A stretch of DNA of 64,000 nt from Flavobacteriales bacterium (GCA_040377305.1 JBEIPA010000001.1:32001-96000), one strand, 5' to 3'. Shown: positions 17,994-28,411, counted from the first letter of the stretch. A program made the numbers and translations. The notes: a model not told the origin generated them from the sequence alone.

Positions 17994-20315
17994 ATGAGAT
18001 TTATTTTCATTTCCCTGGTTGCGCTGTTCGTTTCGACTTCGCTCATTTCGCAAACCAATCTGCAACCCCTAACTCCGGGTGGAAGTATTCCGACCTTCTT
18101 CACCTGTCCTTCTCAGGATTGGGTTGATGGACAAATCGCGACACGTGCGAGATATGGTGATCCGATGACTGAGCAGGAAATTACCTTCACGCGCCAGATG
18201 AGTTACTATGCTCAGCAACGTTGCTTCACGGGTCTTGTGTTATTCAATGATTCGCTGAGTAACTACGTAACAAAAGTTGCAGCGATTCTTTTGAAGGACG
18301 ATCCGGAATTGTTCAGCAAACTCCACTTCTACGTTTACAAAGATCCCGCGCTGAACGCTTACACTTCTGCAACAGGAAATATTCTGATCACCGTTGGTTT
18401 ACTTGCTCAATTAGAAAACGAAGCGCAACTTGCATTTATTCTTGCGCACGAGATTACGCACTATAAGCAGGAACACATGCTCAAAGGGTACATCAACCGC
18501 GAAGAGCTTTCAGAGAAAGGACCGTCATATACGTGGTCGTCATCTTACTACTCGTACAACCAGGAACAGGAGCTCGAAGCCGATCGTTTGGGATTTGAAC
18601 TTTACAAAAAGTCGCCTTATGCCATTGCTGATGCAAAACGTTGCTTCGACATTCTTGAATTCAGCGATCTCCCGTTTGACGATATGCCGTTCGATACAAC
18701 ATTCTTCAACAAGGATTTCATGAAGGTTCCGGTTGGGTATTACAAACATGATGTTGACCCAATCTATACCGACGATAACTACGAAGACCGAAGCAGCACA
18801 CACCCGAACGTTCGTAAACGCAGAATGGCTTTGCTTGCTACAATGGATTCTGTCCCTGAAACCGGTCGCGTACATTTTGTGCAGCCGAAGGAACTGTTTG
18901 TAAACATTCGTGAGAGTGCGCGCTATGAGATGTGTCGCCTCCTGCTCAGTCAACGCGATTATTCTGCTGCGATATACGCTTCGTATCTCATGTTGCAGAA
19001 ACATCCGGGTGATCTGGAACTTCAGAAGATTATTGGCTACTCGCTGTATAACATGGCGGCGTACAAACAATCGGGAAGCAATATCTATTCCTTCTGGGGC
19101 GGGTATAGTTTCTTCGGCAGTGGTTCACGCTACAGCGGATTAAAACGCAGCTCGTACTATTCGATGCCGAACGATGATAACTATCCGGGGCAACAGCAGC
19201 AAGTGTTTCACCTTTTCCGGGAAATAGAATCGGATGAGATGACTGTGATGGCCCTTTCGTACAACTGGTATTTATTTAAAGCTGATCCGAAGGATTCGTT
19301 GCAGGAGCGTTTGTGCGACAGCTTGTTTTCAATGCTCGTGAACAAGCAGAATCTTCATAGAAAATATTTTTCTACAATTACACCTTCTCAGGCACAAGAA
19401 GAGCTGAGACAGGATTCTATCAAGCGTGCTGCCGAACTTGGCGAGACTGGTGATTCAAAGTATTCCCGTCTCGATAAATTCCGTGTTACTTCCGAGAAAG
19501 AACGCTTCATCAAGTTTGCATTCGTAGAACTTTTGAAAGATTCTGCATTCGTGAACAAGTTTGATTATTATACCGCCAACCGAAAGAGCCTCGTAAACAC
19601 AGGTAGCACTTCCTATTCGTCTGAAACAAAAGATGAGCGGGAAAAACGTGAAGCCGATGAAAAGAAATACGGCGCAGGCGTGAATAAAGTAATCATGGTG
19701 AATCCTGATTACTCGTACTACCACGAACCAGATCGTAAAAAAGATCCGAAAATGGAGTACAAGAAAAGCGAAGAAGGGCAAGTCGAATTGTGTACACAAA
19801 TTGATGTCCTCGCTACTTCACAAGGGGTTGACGCCATTGTTCTATCGCCATTCTCAATGGACAGTCTCGACACAGACACGTTCTCCGATTACGCGTTGCT
19901 GAACGAGTGGTTCTACGAACGTATTCAGTATGGAACAAACAACTATGCGACCAACGTTGCTAACAAAGCTGCGATTGATTCACTCATCGCACGTTACGGA
20001 ACTCCATATGTCATGTTCACGAACGTTGAAGCTTCGTATCTCAAACGTATTCAGCACCCCGTTTGGTTCGCTATTTCCTGTGTGGCAGTCTTGCCAGCGA
20101 TATACGGTTTCATTCCACGCCGCGAGTTTGTGTACGATGCCGTAGTTCTCGACTTGCGCACGGGACAAGTTGTTCAAATGGAAAACGAAGATTACAAGCG
20201 CGGAAAAGAAGATGAACACTTCACCACGTTCTACAAAGAATTTTTCGCAAAGCTGAAGCGACCGGTAAAACCGGCTGATCCGAAGCCAGCGAAACCGGAA
20301 GGACTTAGAGATTAA
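17994..20315 (+). CDS. M48-family zinc metalloprotease (BepA/Oma1-like), secreted, with large C-terminal extension
   Basis: Signal peptide; NAYT..G.I.ITVGLLAQLENEAQLAFILAHEITH; QELEAD; STHP motif. Confidence 0.88.
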   Translation: MRFIFISLVALFVSTSLISQTNLQPLTPGGSIPTFFTCPSQDWVDGQIATRARYGDPMTEQEITFTRQMSYYAQQRCFTGLVLFNDSLSNYVTKVAAILLKDDPELFSKLHFYVYKDPALNAYTSATGNILITVGLLAQLENEAQLAFILAHEITHYKQEHMLKGYINREELSEKGPSYTWSSSYYSYNQEQELEADRLGFELYKKSPYAIADAKRCFDILEFSDLPFDDMPFDTTFFNKDFMKVPVGYYKHDVDPIYTDDNYEDRSSTHPNVRKRRMALLATMDSVPETGRVHFVQPKELFVNIRESARYEMCRLLLSQRDYSAAIYASYLMLQKHPGDLELQKIIGYSLYNMAAYKQSGSNIYSFWGGYSFFGSGSRYSGLKRSSYYSMPNDDNYPGQQQQVFHLFREIESDEMTVMALSYNWYLFKADPKDSLQERLCDSLFSMLVNKQNLHRKYFSTITPSQAQEELRQDSIKRAAELGETGDSKYSRLDKFRVTSEKERFIKFAFVELLKDSAFVNKFDYYTANRKSLVNTGSTSYSSETKDEREKREADEKKYGAGVNKVIMVNPDYSYYHEPDRKKDPKMEYKKSEEGQVELCTQIDVLATSQGVDAIVLSPFSMDSLDTDTFSDYALLNEWFYERIQYGTNNYATNVANKAAIDSLIARYGTPYVMFTNVEASYLKRIQHPVWFAISCVAVLPAIYGFIPRREFVYDAVVLDLRTGQVVQMENEDYKRGKEDEHFTTFYKEFFAKLKRPVKPADPKPAKPEGLRD

Positions 20316-20325
20316 GACTTGTCCA

Positions 20326-20348
20326 CTTCGACTCCGCTCGGTATGACA
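20326..20348 (+). repeat. REP-like repeat CTTCGACTCCGCTCGGTATGACA, copy 1
   Basis: 20/23 match to the reverse-strand copy at 31729-31751; both lie just 3' of a stop codon. Confidence 0.75.
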
Positions 20349-20369
20349 AGGTATCCACATAAGATTTTC

Positions 20370-20406
20370 AGAACCGGTTTAGCAGTGATGCTGGCCGGTT
20401 CTTTTT
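20370..20406 (+). terminator. Intrinsic terminator
   Basis: AGAACCGGTTTAGCA-GTGA-TGCTGGCCGGTTCT followed by a T-tract. Confidence 0.8.
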
Positions 20407-20481
20407 GATTCTGGCGAGAAGGAAATGGGACTTCTTTCAAAGCATGCAAGAAAACGTCGACCGAATGAAACTACAATTCTG

Positions 20482-20937
20482 ATGCGCACTCTGATTTTTA
20501 TATTAACCATTCTTGTAGTTGCATGTGCATCGGAGACGAAAGGTCCGAAAGGTGTCATCTACGATTCTCTCGCTCCACTCCGCGATTCTATCGAAGCTGC
20601 AAACAATACACATGATACAATTCGCATTTCCGACATCAACAACTTCAACAAAGAGTGTTCGCTCATTGAAGACTCCATGCAATTTCGCTGGCCGATTCAC
20701 ATTGCAAAAAATGACCTTGGATACGTGCGTGTAAGAAGCGATGCATCCTGCTTTGATGCCGACAGTTGCTTTCATAATCTCATCGGAACAATTCCACATG
20801 ACCAGTGGGTATGGAGCTACGGTACCGTGAAGCACAAATATTGGTCGGCAGGACTAGCGTGGGTGATTTGTATTCGCGATTCCAAAGGAAGACTTGTCAA
20901 AGGGTACATTTCAGAAACGGTTGTGGACAGGGATTAG
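20482..20937 (+). CDS. Hypothetical lipoprotein
   Basis: From ATG 20482: MRTLIFILTILVVAC is a lipoprotein signal with lipobox Cys. No recognised domain. Confidence 0.65.
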   Translation: MRTLIFILTILVVACASETKGPKGVIYDSLAPLRDSIEAANNTHDTIRISDINNFNKECSLIEDSMQFRWPIHIAKNDLGYVRVRSDASCFDADSCFHNLIGTIPHDQWVWSYGTVKHKYWSAGLAWVICIRDSKGRLVKGYISETVVDRD

Positions 20938-20998
20938 GAATTCTGATTTTCCGGTTCTCCCCTTTGGGGAGTTAGAGGGGCGAGGAAAATCAGAATTC
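20938..20998. repeat. Perfect 15-bp inverted repeat enclosing a CTCCCC-TTT-GGGGAG hairpin
   Basis: GAATTCTGATTTTCC (20938-20952) and GGAAAATCAGAATTC (20984-20998); inner sequence CTCCCCTTTGGGGAGTTAGAGGGG. Confidence 0.8.
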
Positions 20999-21012
20999 AC
21001 TACATTCGTCCC

Positions 21013-22500
21013 GTGGCAAACATCCGTAAAATAATTTTCGCCTCTTCAGCCGGCACCGTTATCGAATGGTACGACTTCTACATCTTCGGAAGCCTCACCC
21101 CTATTCTTTCGACACAGTTTTTTCCGAAAGAAAATCCCACGGCTGCATTTCTTGCAACACTCGCATTATTTGGAGTTGGATTCGTGGTACGTCCGTTTGG
21201 CTCGTTAGTGTTCGGGCGTCTCGGTGATCGCGTTGGTCGCAAGTATACGTTTCTGCTCACACTCCTGCTCATGGGCGGATCAACATTCGCCATTGGGTTG
21301 ATTCCGAATTACAGTACCATTGGAGTTCTTGCGCCAATCATTGTCTTCATACTTCGCTGCGTACAAGGACTCGCGTTAGGAGGAGAATATGGTGGCGCTA
21401 CAACTTATGTTGCAGAACACGCTCCTGAGGGAAAGAAAGGTTATTTCACCAGTTTTATTCAAACCACAGCGACCATCGGATTGTTTGTTTCCATCGGAGT
21501 CATTCTGTTCTGCAAATCCATGATGACGCCGGAAGATTTCGCAACGTGGGGGTGGAGAATTCCGTTCATGTTGTCCATCATACTTGTTGCTGGTTCTTTT
21601 CTGCTTCGACGGAAGATGGAAGAATCGCCGGAGTTCAAAGAACTAAAAGCACAAGGAAAAACTTCGAAGAATCCGCTCAAAGAAAGCTTCACAAAATGGA
21701 GCAATCTGAAATGGGTATTGATTGCTTTGTTCGGTGCAACCGCCGGACAAGGAGTTGTTTGGTATACGGGACAATTCTATGCAATGACTTTCTGCACGAA
21801 GACACTTCATATTGATTCTACACAGTTTCAACAGATGTTTCTCATTGTGCTTGTGATTGGAACACCCTTATTTATTTTCTTCGGATGGCTGAGTGATCGG
21901 ATCGGCAGAAAATGGATCATGCTATGCGGAATCGGATTGGGTGCACTCACGTATGTTCCAATTTACACTTCGATGTTGAATCAAGCTGATTACAAACAGT
22001 GGGCGGACAAAATGCCGGAGCCAAATGTGGTCGTGAATGGCGTCAATGCGAACGGAGATTCAACAGGTGTTGCGACATTTACTTTTGAAGATGGTGGAAG
22101 CGTGCAACAAAATTGGACTCAACTCGGAAACAAGGGATGGATCCAGGGCGGAGAAAAAATACACCTGCCGGGAGGAAATTTATTTATGATCGGCCTGTTG
22201 ATTTTTATTCAGCTGATTTTTGTGACCATGGCGTATGGACCAATTGCTGCGTTCCTCGTGGAATTGTTTCCGGCAAACATTCGCTACACCTCCATGTCCT
22301 TGCCGTATCACATAGGCAATGGCGTGTTCGGTGGATTGACGCCGCTTATTGCCGAGGTGTTGGTCCTGAAGACGGGGAATGTATTGGCGGGAATTTATTA
22401 TCCCGTTACCATTGCAACGATTACTGTTGTTGTAGGTGTTCTGGCAATCAAAGAGAAAACAAAATCAAGGTTAGTCTCTTCTACCTCCAAGGCGCAGTGA
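21013..22500 (+). CDS. MFS transporter, metabolite:H+ symporter (MHS) family
   Basis: GTVIEWYDF, RPFG..VFG.LGDRVGRK, QGLALGGEYGG, WGWRIPF, EESPEF, SDRIGRK and ELFP..IRY motifs. Confidence 0.92.
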   Translation: MANIRKIIFASSAGTVIEWYDFYIFGSLTPILSTQFFPKENPTAAFLATLALFGVGFVVRPFGSLVFGRLGDRVGRKYTFLLTLLLMGGSTFAIGLIPNYSTIGVLAPIIVFILRCVQGLALGGEYGGATTYVAEHAPEGKKGYFTSFIQTTATIGLFVSIGVILFCKSMMTPEDFATWGWRIPFMLSIILVAGSFLLRRKMEESPEFKELKAQGKTSKNPLKESFTKWSNLKWVLIALFGATAGQGVVWYTGQFYAMTFCTKTLHIDSTQFQQMFLIVLVIGTPLFIFFGWLSDRIGRKWIMLCGIGLGALTYVPIYTSMLNQADYKQWADKMPEPNVVVNGVNANGDSTGVATFTFEDGGSVQQNWTQLGNKGWIQGGEKIHLPGGNLFMIGLLIFIQLIFVTMAYGPIAAFLVELFPANIRYTSMSLPYHIGNGVFGGLTPLIAEVLVLKTGNVLAGIYYPVTIATITVVVGVLAIKEKTKSRLVSSTSKAQ

Positions 22501-22519
22501 CACAGAGGAAACGCGGGGT

Positions 22520-23182
22520 TTAGAGAATTACTCCAATCCCGAAAAACACGGAGAAAAAATCTTTGTACATCAAACGTTGTTGCATGTAGTCAAGATTATT
22601 TCCGAAGTCGCTATCACTATCCTGTTCGCTGAGTGTAAATATGGGTCCGCCCACGCGAATGCCGGAATTCATCACAACGCGATTCCAGAAAATACCCTGA
22701 GCACCAAGACCAATTGAGCCGGAAATTCCACTTGTATTTACAATTACAGGTGCAAACGGATTGATCGTGGCATAATCCACAATGTATTCGCTGGAATGAT
22801 AATACAAATTCACGTCAAAGAATTTTCCGATCGGAGCAAGTCCACCTTTCTTCTCACGAAATTTTCTGTACGTCAAACCAATCTGATATCCTTTGATCCG
22901 ACCTCCGTTCGATAACGATGTATCATACCGGTTGTGCGCACCCATGCTGTACATGTTGTACGACAATCCCATTTGCGTGTGCCTGCCTGTAATGAAATGC
23001 GCATTGCCACCGTACTGGAAATTGTAACTCGTAAACAGATCTTTGAAGCTGCTGTAATTCGGAGAATACGAACCTTCTGCGCAAATGATAATACGCTTTC
23101 CGAGATAACCGCCTTTCGGTTTCTGTGCATGCAATACAACCGACATGCATAGTGCGATGGAGAGTGTGACGATCTTTCTCAT
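22520..23182 (-). CDS. Hypothetical secreted protein, probable small outer-membrane beta-barrel
   Basis: Signal peptide; alternating Gly/aromatic beta-strand pattern; C-terminal FSVFFGIGVIL; starts 2 nt after the upstream M48 stop. Confidence 0.65.
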   Translation of the reverse strand: MRKIVTLSIALCMSVVLHAQKPKGGYLGKRIIICAEGSYSPNYSSFKDLFTSYNFQYGGNAHFITGRHTQMGLSYNMYSMGAHNRYDTSLSNGGRIKGYQIGLTYRKFREKKGGLAPIGKFFDVNLYYHSSEYIVDYATINPFAPVIVNTSGISGSIGLGAQGIFWNRVVMNSGIRVGGPIFTLSEQDSDSDFGNNLDYMQQRLMYKDFFSVFFGIGVIL

Positions 23183-23184
23183 AG

Positions 23185-25506
23185 TTAGTCCTCCTTCGGT
23201 GTTGCCAGCATACGCATCATGTCGTACATCTGAAGTTTCAACCTGGCTTCTGTTGAATGCTGATTCTCAATTTTACGTTGTGCTCCCCAAACAGGTTCTC
23301 CGGTTGTTATATCGTATAAAATGGCAACGAAATAAACGTCTTCACGAGGTGTAGCCAATCGATATGCAACCTGTGGCGCTAAAGGCACAAACGCTAAGCT
23401 CAGCACACGGAACAGTGTTCCTTGACGCGGCTCCCGGCTTGTGTAATATGCCATCCACATAAAATATTTCGTGCCGTATTTCGTAGCTATGCGCTCCATC
23501 TGTTCCTTTCGAACAGGTAGCCCTTCACCATCTTTGAAATTCCCTTTCTGTCCAAACCAATCATTCACAATCATCAGGTCATTGAAACGTTCAACCTGAG
23601 TTGAGTCCATACTTTCGGGATCAAGAATATCGCACTGAATGCCACACTGTGCAGCACTTGACATCATCGCGTCCATCATCATCGCGCGACCGTCGATTGA
23701 AGCCCGTACATCAAGCTGACCATTCTTGATGCGCGAATCGTACGACTGGTAAATCGGATTGATGAAAACAACTTTGCTCAATCCTTGCGGACCAAAAAAT
23801 GCTTCGTCCTCTTCCTCATTTTGCTTCTTGATTTCTTTCGAAGTCATTTCATCTTTGCGCTCCTCTAAAGAATCAAGACTGTCTGCATAAGACATAGCTT
23901 CTTTGAAGTATGCAATAAACATCGAGTCTTTAAGCTCATCGATGAAAGCAAACTCCCAATACTTGAAACCATCGAGTGAATCAGATTCAAGTTTGTCTAT
24001 TGCAACTTGCCAGCGACGTGTTGGTGTATCTTGTCCTTTCAGGCGATGCACAAGCGCAGTATCGCTCATGATCTTGTCGCCGATCACAAGAAACATACTG
24101 TCGTTCTCCTGGAAGTCTTTAATCTCAAGACCATTCAATACAGTCATCTCGCGGAACAATCCTACCGTCCACGTTTTGATATCCTGATCTTCCGGATGCT
24201 CTTTATGAACCTTCCAGGCGTATTTCACTGAAGCAATATTCCAACCCTTCTGATCCGTTTTACCAATGAAAGAAACCGCACGCCCCTGCTCACCCAGTGG
24301 TTTTTCATCATCGTCTTCGAAATCACCACTGAAAATCAGGTTGAACAAATCAGCAAGATCCTCAAACGCGAACGGAGCATTTTTCTTCACGGTAATTGCA
24401 TACATCGCACGAATCATCTCCTTCTCCAGGTAGTAATTCTTCTTCCAGGTTTTCTGTATAGAAGAATTAATGTAAATCGCCTCCTTGTATTCGCCATCGT
24501 TCGTGTGCAAAGCAACCTGTTCAAACATGGCCATGGCGCGGATACGATAGAACAATTCTTCTGAAACGAGGAATGCAGAACCCGTTGAGTCTGCTCCTTC
24601 AAGTTTTAACAGACGACGCTTCATTCCCTTTTTACGTTTCGGTACAGAAGGGTGCGTTGCAAGATCGTTGTCTTCCTCGTCTTCATTGATTTTGTATTCC
24701 TTAATCGTGTCATTAAAAAATCTCGAAGGGAAAACAAATCGCGGACTCTCGAATGTTCCTTTTGAAAAATCCAGATCAGTGAATGGAAAATCTGCCTCGG
24801 CAAGAATTTCAAAAGCACCGATAGCAGCATGCGGATCGTAGTTCGATGCCACGAGCATATCAAATCCCTCTTCGTCTGCCTGCGTTTCCTGATTACGCGC
24901 ATAACTGTGGCGCTTCAGGAAACGATTCTCAGCAGTAGTTGCAGAATATTTTCCTTCACCTTCCTGCATCTGCACACCTTCAATGTAACCCGTAAGAACG
25001 TGACGACGTTTGTAGTGAATAATTTCGTGCGCCAAAACAAACGCAAGCTCAGCTTCATTGTGTAATCGGGTGAGCAATCCAACTGTTACGAAAATTGAAC
25101 CGCGGTCGGTAGCAAATGCATTTACAACGGTAGAACGCAGTATGTAGATGTTGATTTTGGCTCTCGTCTCCGGATCGTGCGCGAGCAAAGAATCTGCAAC
25201 ACGGTTCACATACATTCCCATCGAATCGTTGACGAGGATTGTTCCGCTATACAGCATCTGATCAACTGCATAATTCGTCTGAAGATAAAAATCATCTTCT
25301 GCCTTCTGGAGTTCTTCGCTCTGATTCGTGTTGATTTGTGTTCTCGACTTCTCATACTTCTCAGTCGTCGTCATCAACACATCAGGAGGTAATGCACCGC
25401 TCGATCTTGCCGGCTGGTAATTGTCCATGTTTGGTACCGGTGTCTGAGCGAAAAGTGTCGCCGATAACAGGGTAACAAACAGGAGTGGGAGTTTGAATCT
25501 CAGCAT
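23185..25506 (-). CDS. M48-family zinc metalloprotease, paralog of 17994..20315
   Basis: Signal peptide from ATG 25506; NAFATDRG.IFVTVGLL..L.NEAELAFVLAHEIIH; QETQAD; ATHP. Confidence 0.88.
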   Translation of the reverse strand: MLRFKLPLLFVTLLSATLFAQTPVPNMDNYQPARSSGALPPDVLMTTTEKYEKSRTQINTNQSEELQKAEDDFYLQTNYAVDQMLYSGTILVNDSMGMYVNRVADSLLAHDPETRAKINIYILRSTVVNAFATDRGSIFVTVGLLTRLHNEAELAFVLAHEIIHYKRRHVLTGYIEGVQMQEGEGKYSATTAENRFLKRHSYARNQETQADEEGFDMLVASNYDPHAAIGAFEILAEADFPFTDLDFSKGTFESPRFVFPSRFFNDTIKEYKINEDEEDNDLATHPSVPKRKKGMKRRLLKLEGADSTGSAFLVSEELFYRIRAMAMFEQVALHTNDGEYKEAIYINSSIQKTWKKNYYLEKEMIRAMYAITVKKNAPFAFEDLADLFNLIFSGDFEDDDEKPLGEQGRAVSFIGKTDQKGWNIASVKYAWKVHKEHPEDQDIKTWTVGLFREMTVLNGLEIKDFQENDSMFLVIGDKIMSDTALVHRLKGQDTPTRRWQVAIDKLESDSLDGFKYWEFAFIDELKDSMFIAYFKEAMSYADSLDSLEERKDEMTSKEIKKQNEEEDEAFFGPQGLSKVVFINPIYQSYDSRIKNGQLDVRASIDGRAMMMDAMMSSAAQCGIQCDILDPESMDSTQVERFNDLMIVNDWFGQKGNFKDGEGLPVRKEQMERIATKYGTKYFMWMAYYTSREPRQGTLFRVLSLAFVPLAPQVAYRLATPREDVYFVAILYDITTGEPVWGAQRKIENQHSTEARLKLQMYDMMRMLATPKED

Positions 25507-25596
25507 AATTTCAAATATAACGAAGGTTGCCGAAAATGGAACAACCACCGGTGTAGTTTAACTACTTTTCCGGATTGGTATGCCTGACAAAAAGTG

Positions 25597-25923
25597 TTAT
25601 TGTACAACCACAGCAACCTGTTCACTCGAAATCGAAGCGTGATTTCCACAGGTGAAATAGTACGTTCCTGCTGCAGAGAATGTATACTCATACACTTCAT
25701 CCGTACGAATCAATCCGCTATTAAACAGATTGCCCTGAACGGTGTGAGATGGATTCCCTTTGTTGATAAACTTGATAGTCGTTCCCGCAGGAACAACAAT
25801 CTGCGAAGGGCGAAACAGTTGATACTCCAGCCAAACCTCATTGGGTCCAGGTGTGCCGGGATCTTCCTTTTGACAGCCGGCGAATAGTGAAAGTACTAGA
25901 ATGAATAGGAGTCCGTACCGCAT
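25597..25923 (-). CDS. Cupredoxin/plastocyanin-like lipoprotein
   Basis: Lipobox LFAGC; F.P..I.V..GTT..F.N....HTV, FNSG and GTYYFTCGNH. Confidence 0.8.
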   Translation of the reverse strand: MRYGLLFILVLSLFAGCQKEDPGTPGPNEVWLEYQLFRPSQIVVPAGTTIKFINKGNPSHTVQGNLFNSGLIRTDEVYEYTFSAAGTYYFTCGNHASISSEQVAVVVQ

Positions 25924-26036
25924 AAGTGCAAACAAAAATCTGGTTTAGGATATATTATTCCCGGACTCTTAAAAGTGGAAATGAGTGATTATCGTGTTCA
26001 CTATTATTCACACTGCATAAGCTATCAAACAATAGT

Positions 26037-28397
26037 CTACTGTACCAGGATCTTCTCGCTTGAGACTTCTCCATTCGGCATAGTAGTCATCACCAAATAT
26101 ATTCCTGGAGTGATTCCTTCTTTGCTCATGCTGAAACGAGATGCTCCTTCGCCCGCTGTGAACTGCTGTGCGCTGATTGTTCTGCCCTGCAAGTCCAGAA
26201 GGTTCACCGTATAAATACCTTCGTCTTTGGAATTGATAGTTACCACCAACTCTTCCGATGAAGAATACGTGTGTACAGAAGTATTTCCGGTTTCACATGC
26301 CTCCACGGTAAAAGGAGTATACAATTTGAAGTCGCCATTGAAGTCGTATTGCGCCAGACGATACATTGTTGAATTACCAAGCGGTTCACGGTCGGTGAAT
26401 TTATACTCGTGCATAGTTGATGTAGTTCCAAAACCATGAACCGTGCCCACTGGTCGGAATGCGTTTCCATCATCACTCCGCAAAATGTCGAAATGACTAT
26501 TGTTGGTTTCACTCGCAGTCACCCAGATTAGTTCTCCGAATCCGTTTACACAAGTTCCTACCGTAGAAACCAACTCAACAGGCAATGGAGCAGTAGTTGA
26601 TGACAAAACCATCGGCGTGAACGTAGCTGCTGTAAACGCTACAGCATTTGCTGTAACAGAACCGGTACCCGCCGTAACTGCAGCAGCGCTTCCAATATTC
26701 GAGTTGTTCGGCAACCACGCACTTGACCAATACTGTGCACCTACATTTCCAGTCTGGTATGGAGCAATCATTGTATTTTCTGCGCCTCTATAAGTGAAAG
26801 TAAGATTCGCTGTTGCTGCTCCAGAGGAAGTGATGTGCCACCAACGATCAATAACTGCTTCATCAGAGCCGTCCTGCCCGAGGTTCGGAGAGAACATATG
26901 CGTTACACCTGTAGCAAAAGGAGTATTAGCGCTGGTTGCAGTTGGGCGAGTTGAAACACTCACATTCGACGCTCCTGCAGTTGTTTTGTTGAATGTAAAC
27001 GGTATGTACACTCCGGCCGCGGTCCCGAAGTGAAATACAAACGAACCTGTCGTGGCGCCCATGTTCCATTGAACAATACTTGCATTCGCAGCCGTATTGG
27101 TTTCGCTGATTATATATCCTGCAGTCCTAGCAACTGCAGCAAGGGCCGCATTGTTCACTATCAACGTAAAGGCATTCAGATTAAGCGGACCTGCAGTTAG
27201 AGTAAGCACATTGTTTACCTGATTATTGTTGACCCCCATCAGCAAACTTCCCGATGCTTTGTTCTCCACAAGATTGTAGAAAATGGTTGCACTTGTTCCA
27301 CCGATCGTTTGATTCGGTGTGCCGTTAAAAGTATGTGTCGAGTTATTGTGATTAAATGTTGTTGCATTCTTAGTCCAGTCGCCTCGGATGCTGAAACTCC
27401 CTGCAGAAGTTTTTGCACCGGCACCAGAATACATAATGTGTCCGTAACCCGGTGCTGCGAGATTAGAGATCGATTGTGCGAGACCACCGTTGTAATGTGT
27501 TGTACTCGTTGAACTGATAGTATACGTTGTATAGTTTGTTGGATTTACCGTTGCAACTCCGAATCCAGGAAAGTTGTTGTCATTACCACAGCGTATCGTT
27601 GCAGTGTTGTTCAGTTGTATTACACAACCAGCAACCCAAGGGTCAAGATCAAAATCACCCAGATCGAGCACAGCATTGTTGTTCACAGTAAGACTTCCAT
27701 CATAAACTGTAAACCAGTTGCCCGGCGCCAAAGCAGCCGGAACAGCAGTCATAGTAACCGTAGGACTATTTGTAACCCCAACACGGACGGAAGATGGCTT
27801 AACGTTATACTGGCTGCTGAATGTAAATGTTTGTGCACCTGCTCCATTGAAATTCCAAATGGGCTCGTCACCCGGAAGTGTATATGCCCATGCACCGATG
27901 GTAACATTTGCGTTGAAGGTCATTGATCCTTCAGACACATTTGCACCACCAATGTAAGTGTCTCCATCTCCTGTAGTATGAATATTAGTCGTTCCGTTGA
28001 AAACGAATCCACCCGGGGCAGCGCCCGCATCTAATTCGCAATACGAATAATTAATTCCACTCACGTATGTTACAGCGTTGAATGTAGCTGCACCGTTAAC
28101 AGTGAGAACAAAATTATTTGCACGCAAAACTCCATTACGATTGCCGGTCACAGAAACGGAGAGACTTCCAACTGTGATATTACCGCTGAGCAGGATGATA
28201 TTGTTGAATCCCGCATTAATAGTCATTGTGAGCGCGTCAGCTGCGGTTGGAACTCCTGCTGGTGACCAGTTTGCAGCTGCGTTGAAATCTGTGCCAGCGC
28301 CACCCGAACCTAAACCGACCCAATTACGGGCCACGGAGTAACCGTTAGTTGCAAATGCCAAAGCAAACAACAGCGTGATGAGTATAAATTTTTTCAT
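26037..28397 (-). CDS. T9SS type A sorting domain protein (adhesin-like, Gly/Asn/Thr-rich beta repeats)
   Basis: Signal peptide; W.G....DFN.AANWSP.GVP; PLPVELVS...W.TASE.NN..F.I.RS.DG..F...YRL.Q.D.NG pre-CTD motif; GIYLV...KILVQ sorting domain. Confidence 0.88.
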   Translation of the reverse strand: MKKFILITLLFALAFATNGYSVARNWVGLGSGGAGTDFNAAANWSPAGVPTAADALTMTINAGFNNIILLSGNITVGSLSVSVTGNRNGVLRANNFVLTVNGAATFNAVTYVSGINYSYCELDAGAAPGGFVFNGTTNIHTTGDGDTYIGGANVSEGSMTFNANVTIGAWAYTLPGDEPIWNFNGAGAQTFTFSSQYNVKPSSVRVGVTNSPTVTMTAVPAALAPGNWFTVYDGSLTVNNNAVLDLGDFDLDPWVAGCVIQLNNTATIRCGNDNNFPGFGVATVNPTNYTTYTISSTSTTHYNGGLAQSISNLAAPGYGHIMYSGAGAKTSAGSFSIRGDWTKNATTFNHNNSTHTFNGTPNQTIGGTSATIFYNLVENKASGSLLMGVNNNQVNNVLTLTAGPLNLNAFTLIVNNAALAAVARTAGYIISETNTAANASIVQWNMGATTGSFVFHFGTAAGVYIPFTFNKTTAGASNVSVSTRPTATSANTPFATGVTHMFSPNLGQDGSDEAVIDRWWHITSSGAATANLTFTYRGAENTMIAPYQTGNVGAQYWSSAWLPNNSNIGSAAAVTAGTGSVTANAVAFTAATFTPMVLSSTTAPLPVELVSTVGTCVNGFGELIWVTASETNNSHFDILRSDDGNAFRPVGTVHGFGTTSTMHEYKFTDREPLGNSTMYRLAQYDFNGDFKLYTPFTVEACETGNTSVHTYSSSEELVVTINSKDEGIYTVNLLDLQGRTISAQQFTAGEGASRFSMSKEGITPGIYLVMTTMPNGEVSSEKILVQ

Positions 28398-28411
28398 GGG
28401 GTTATTCTGCT

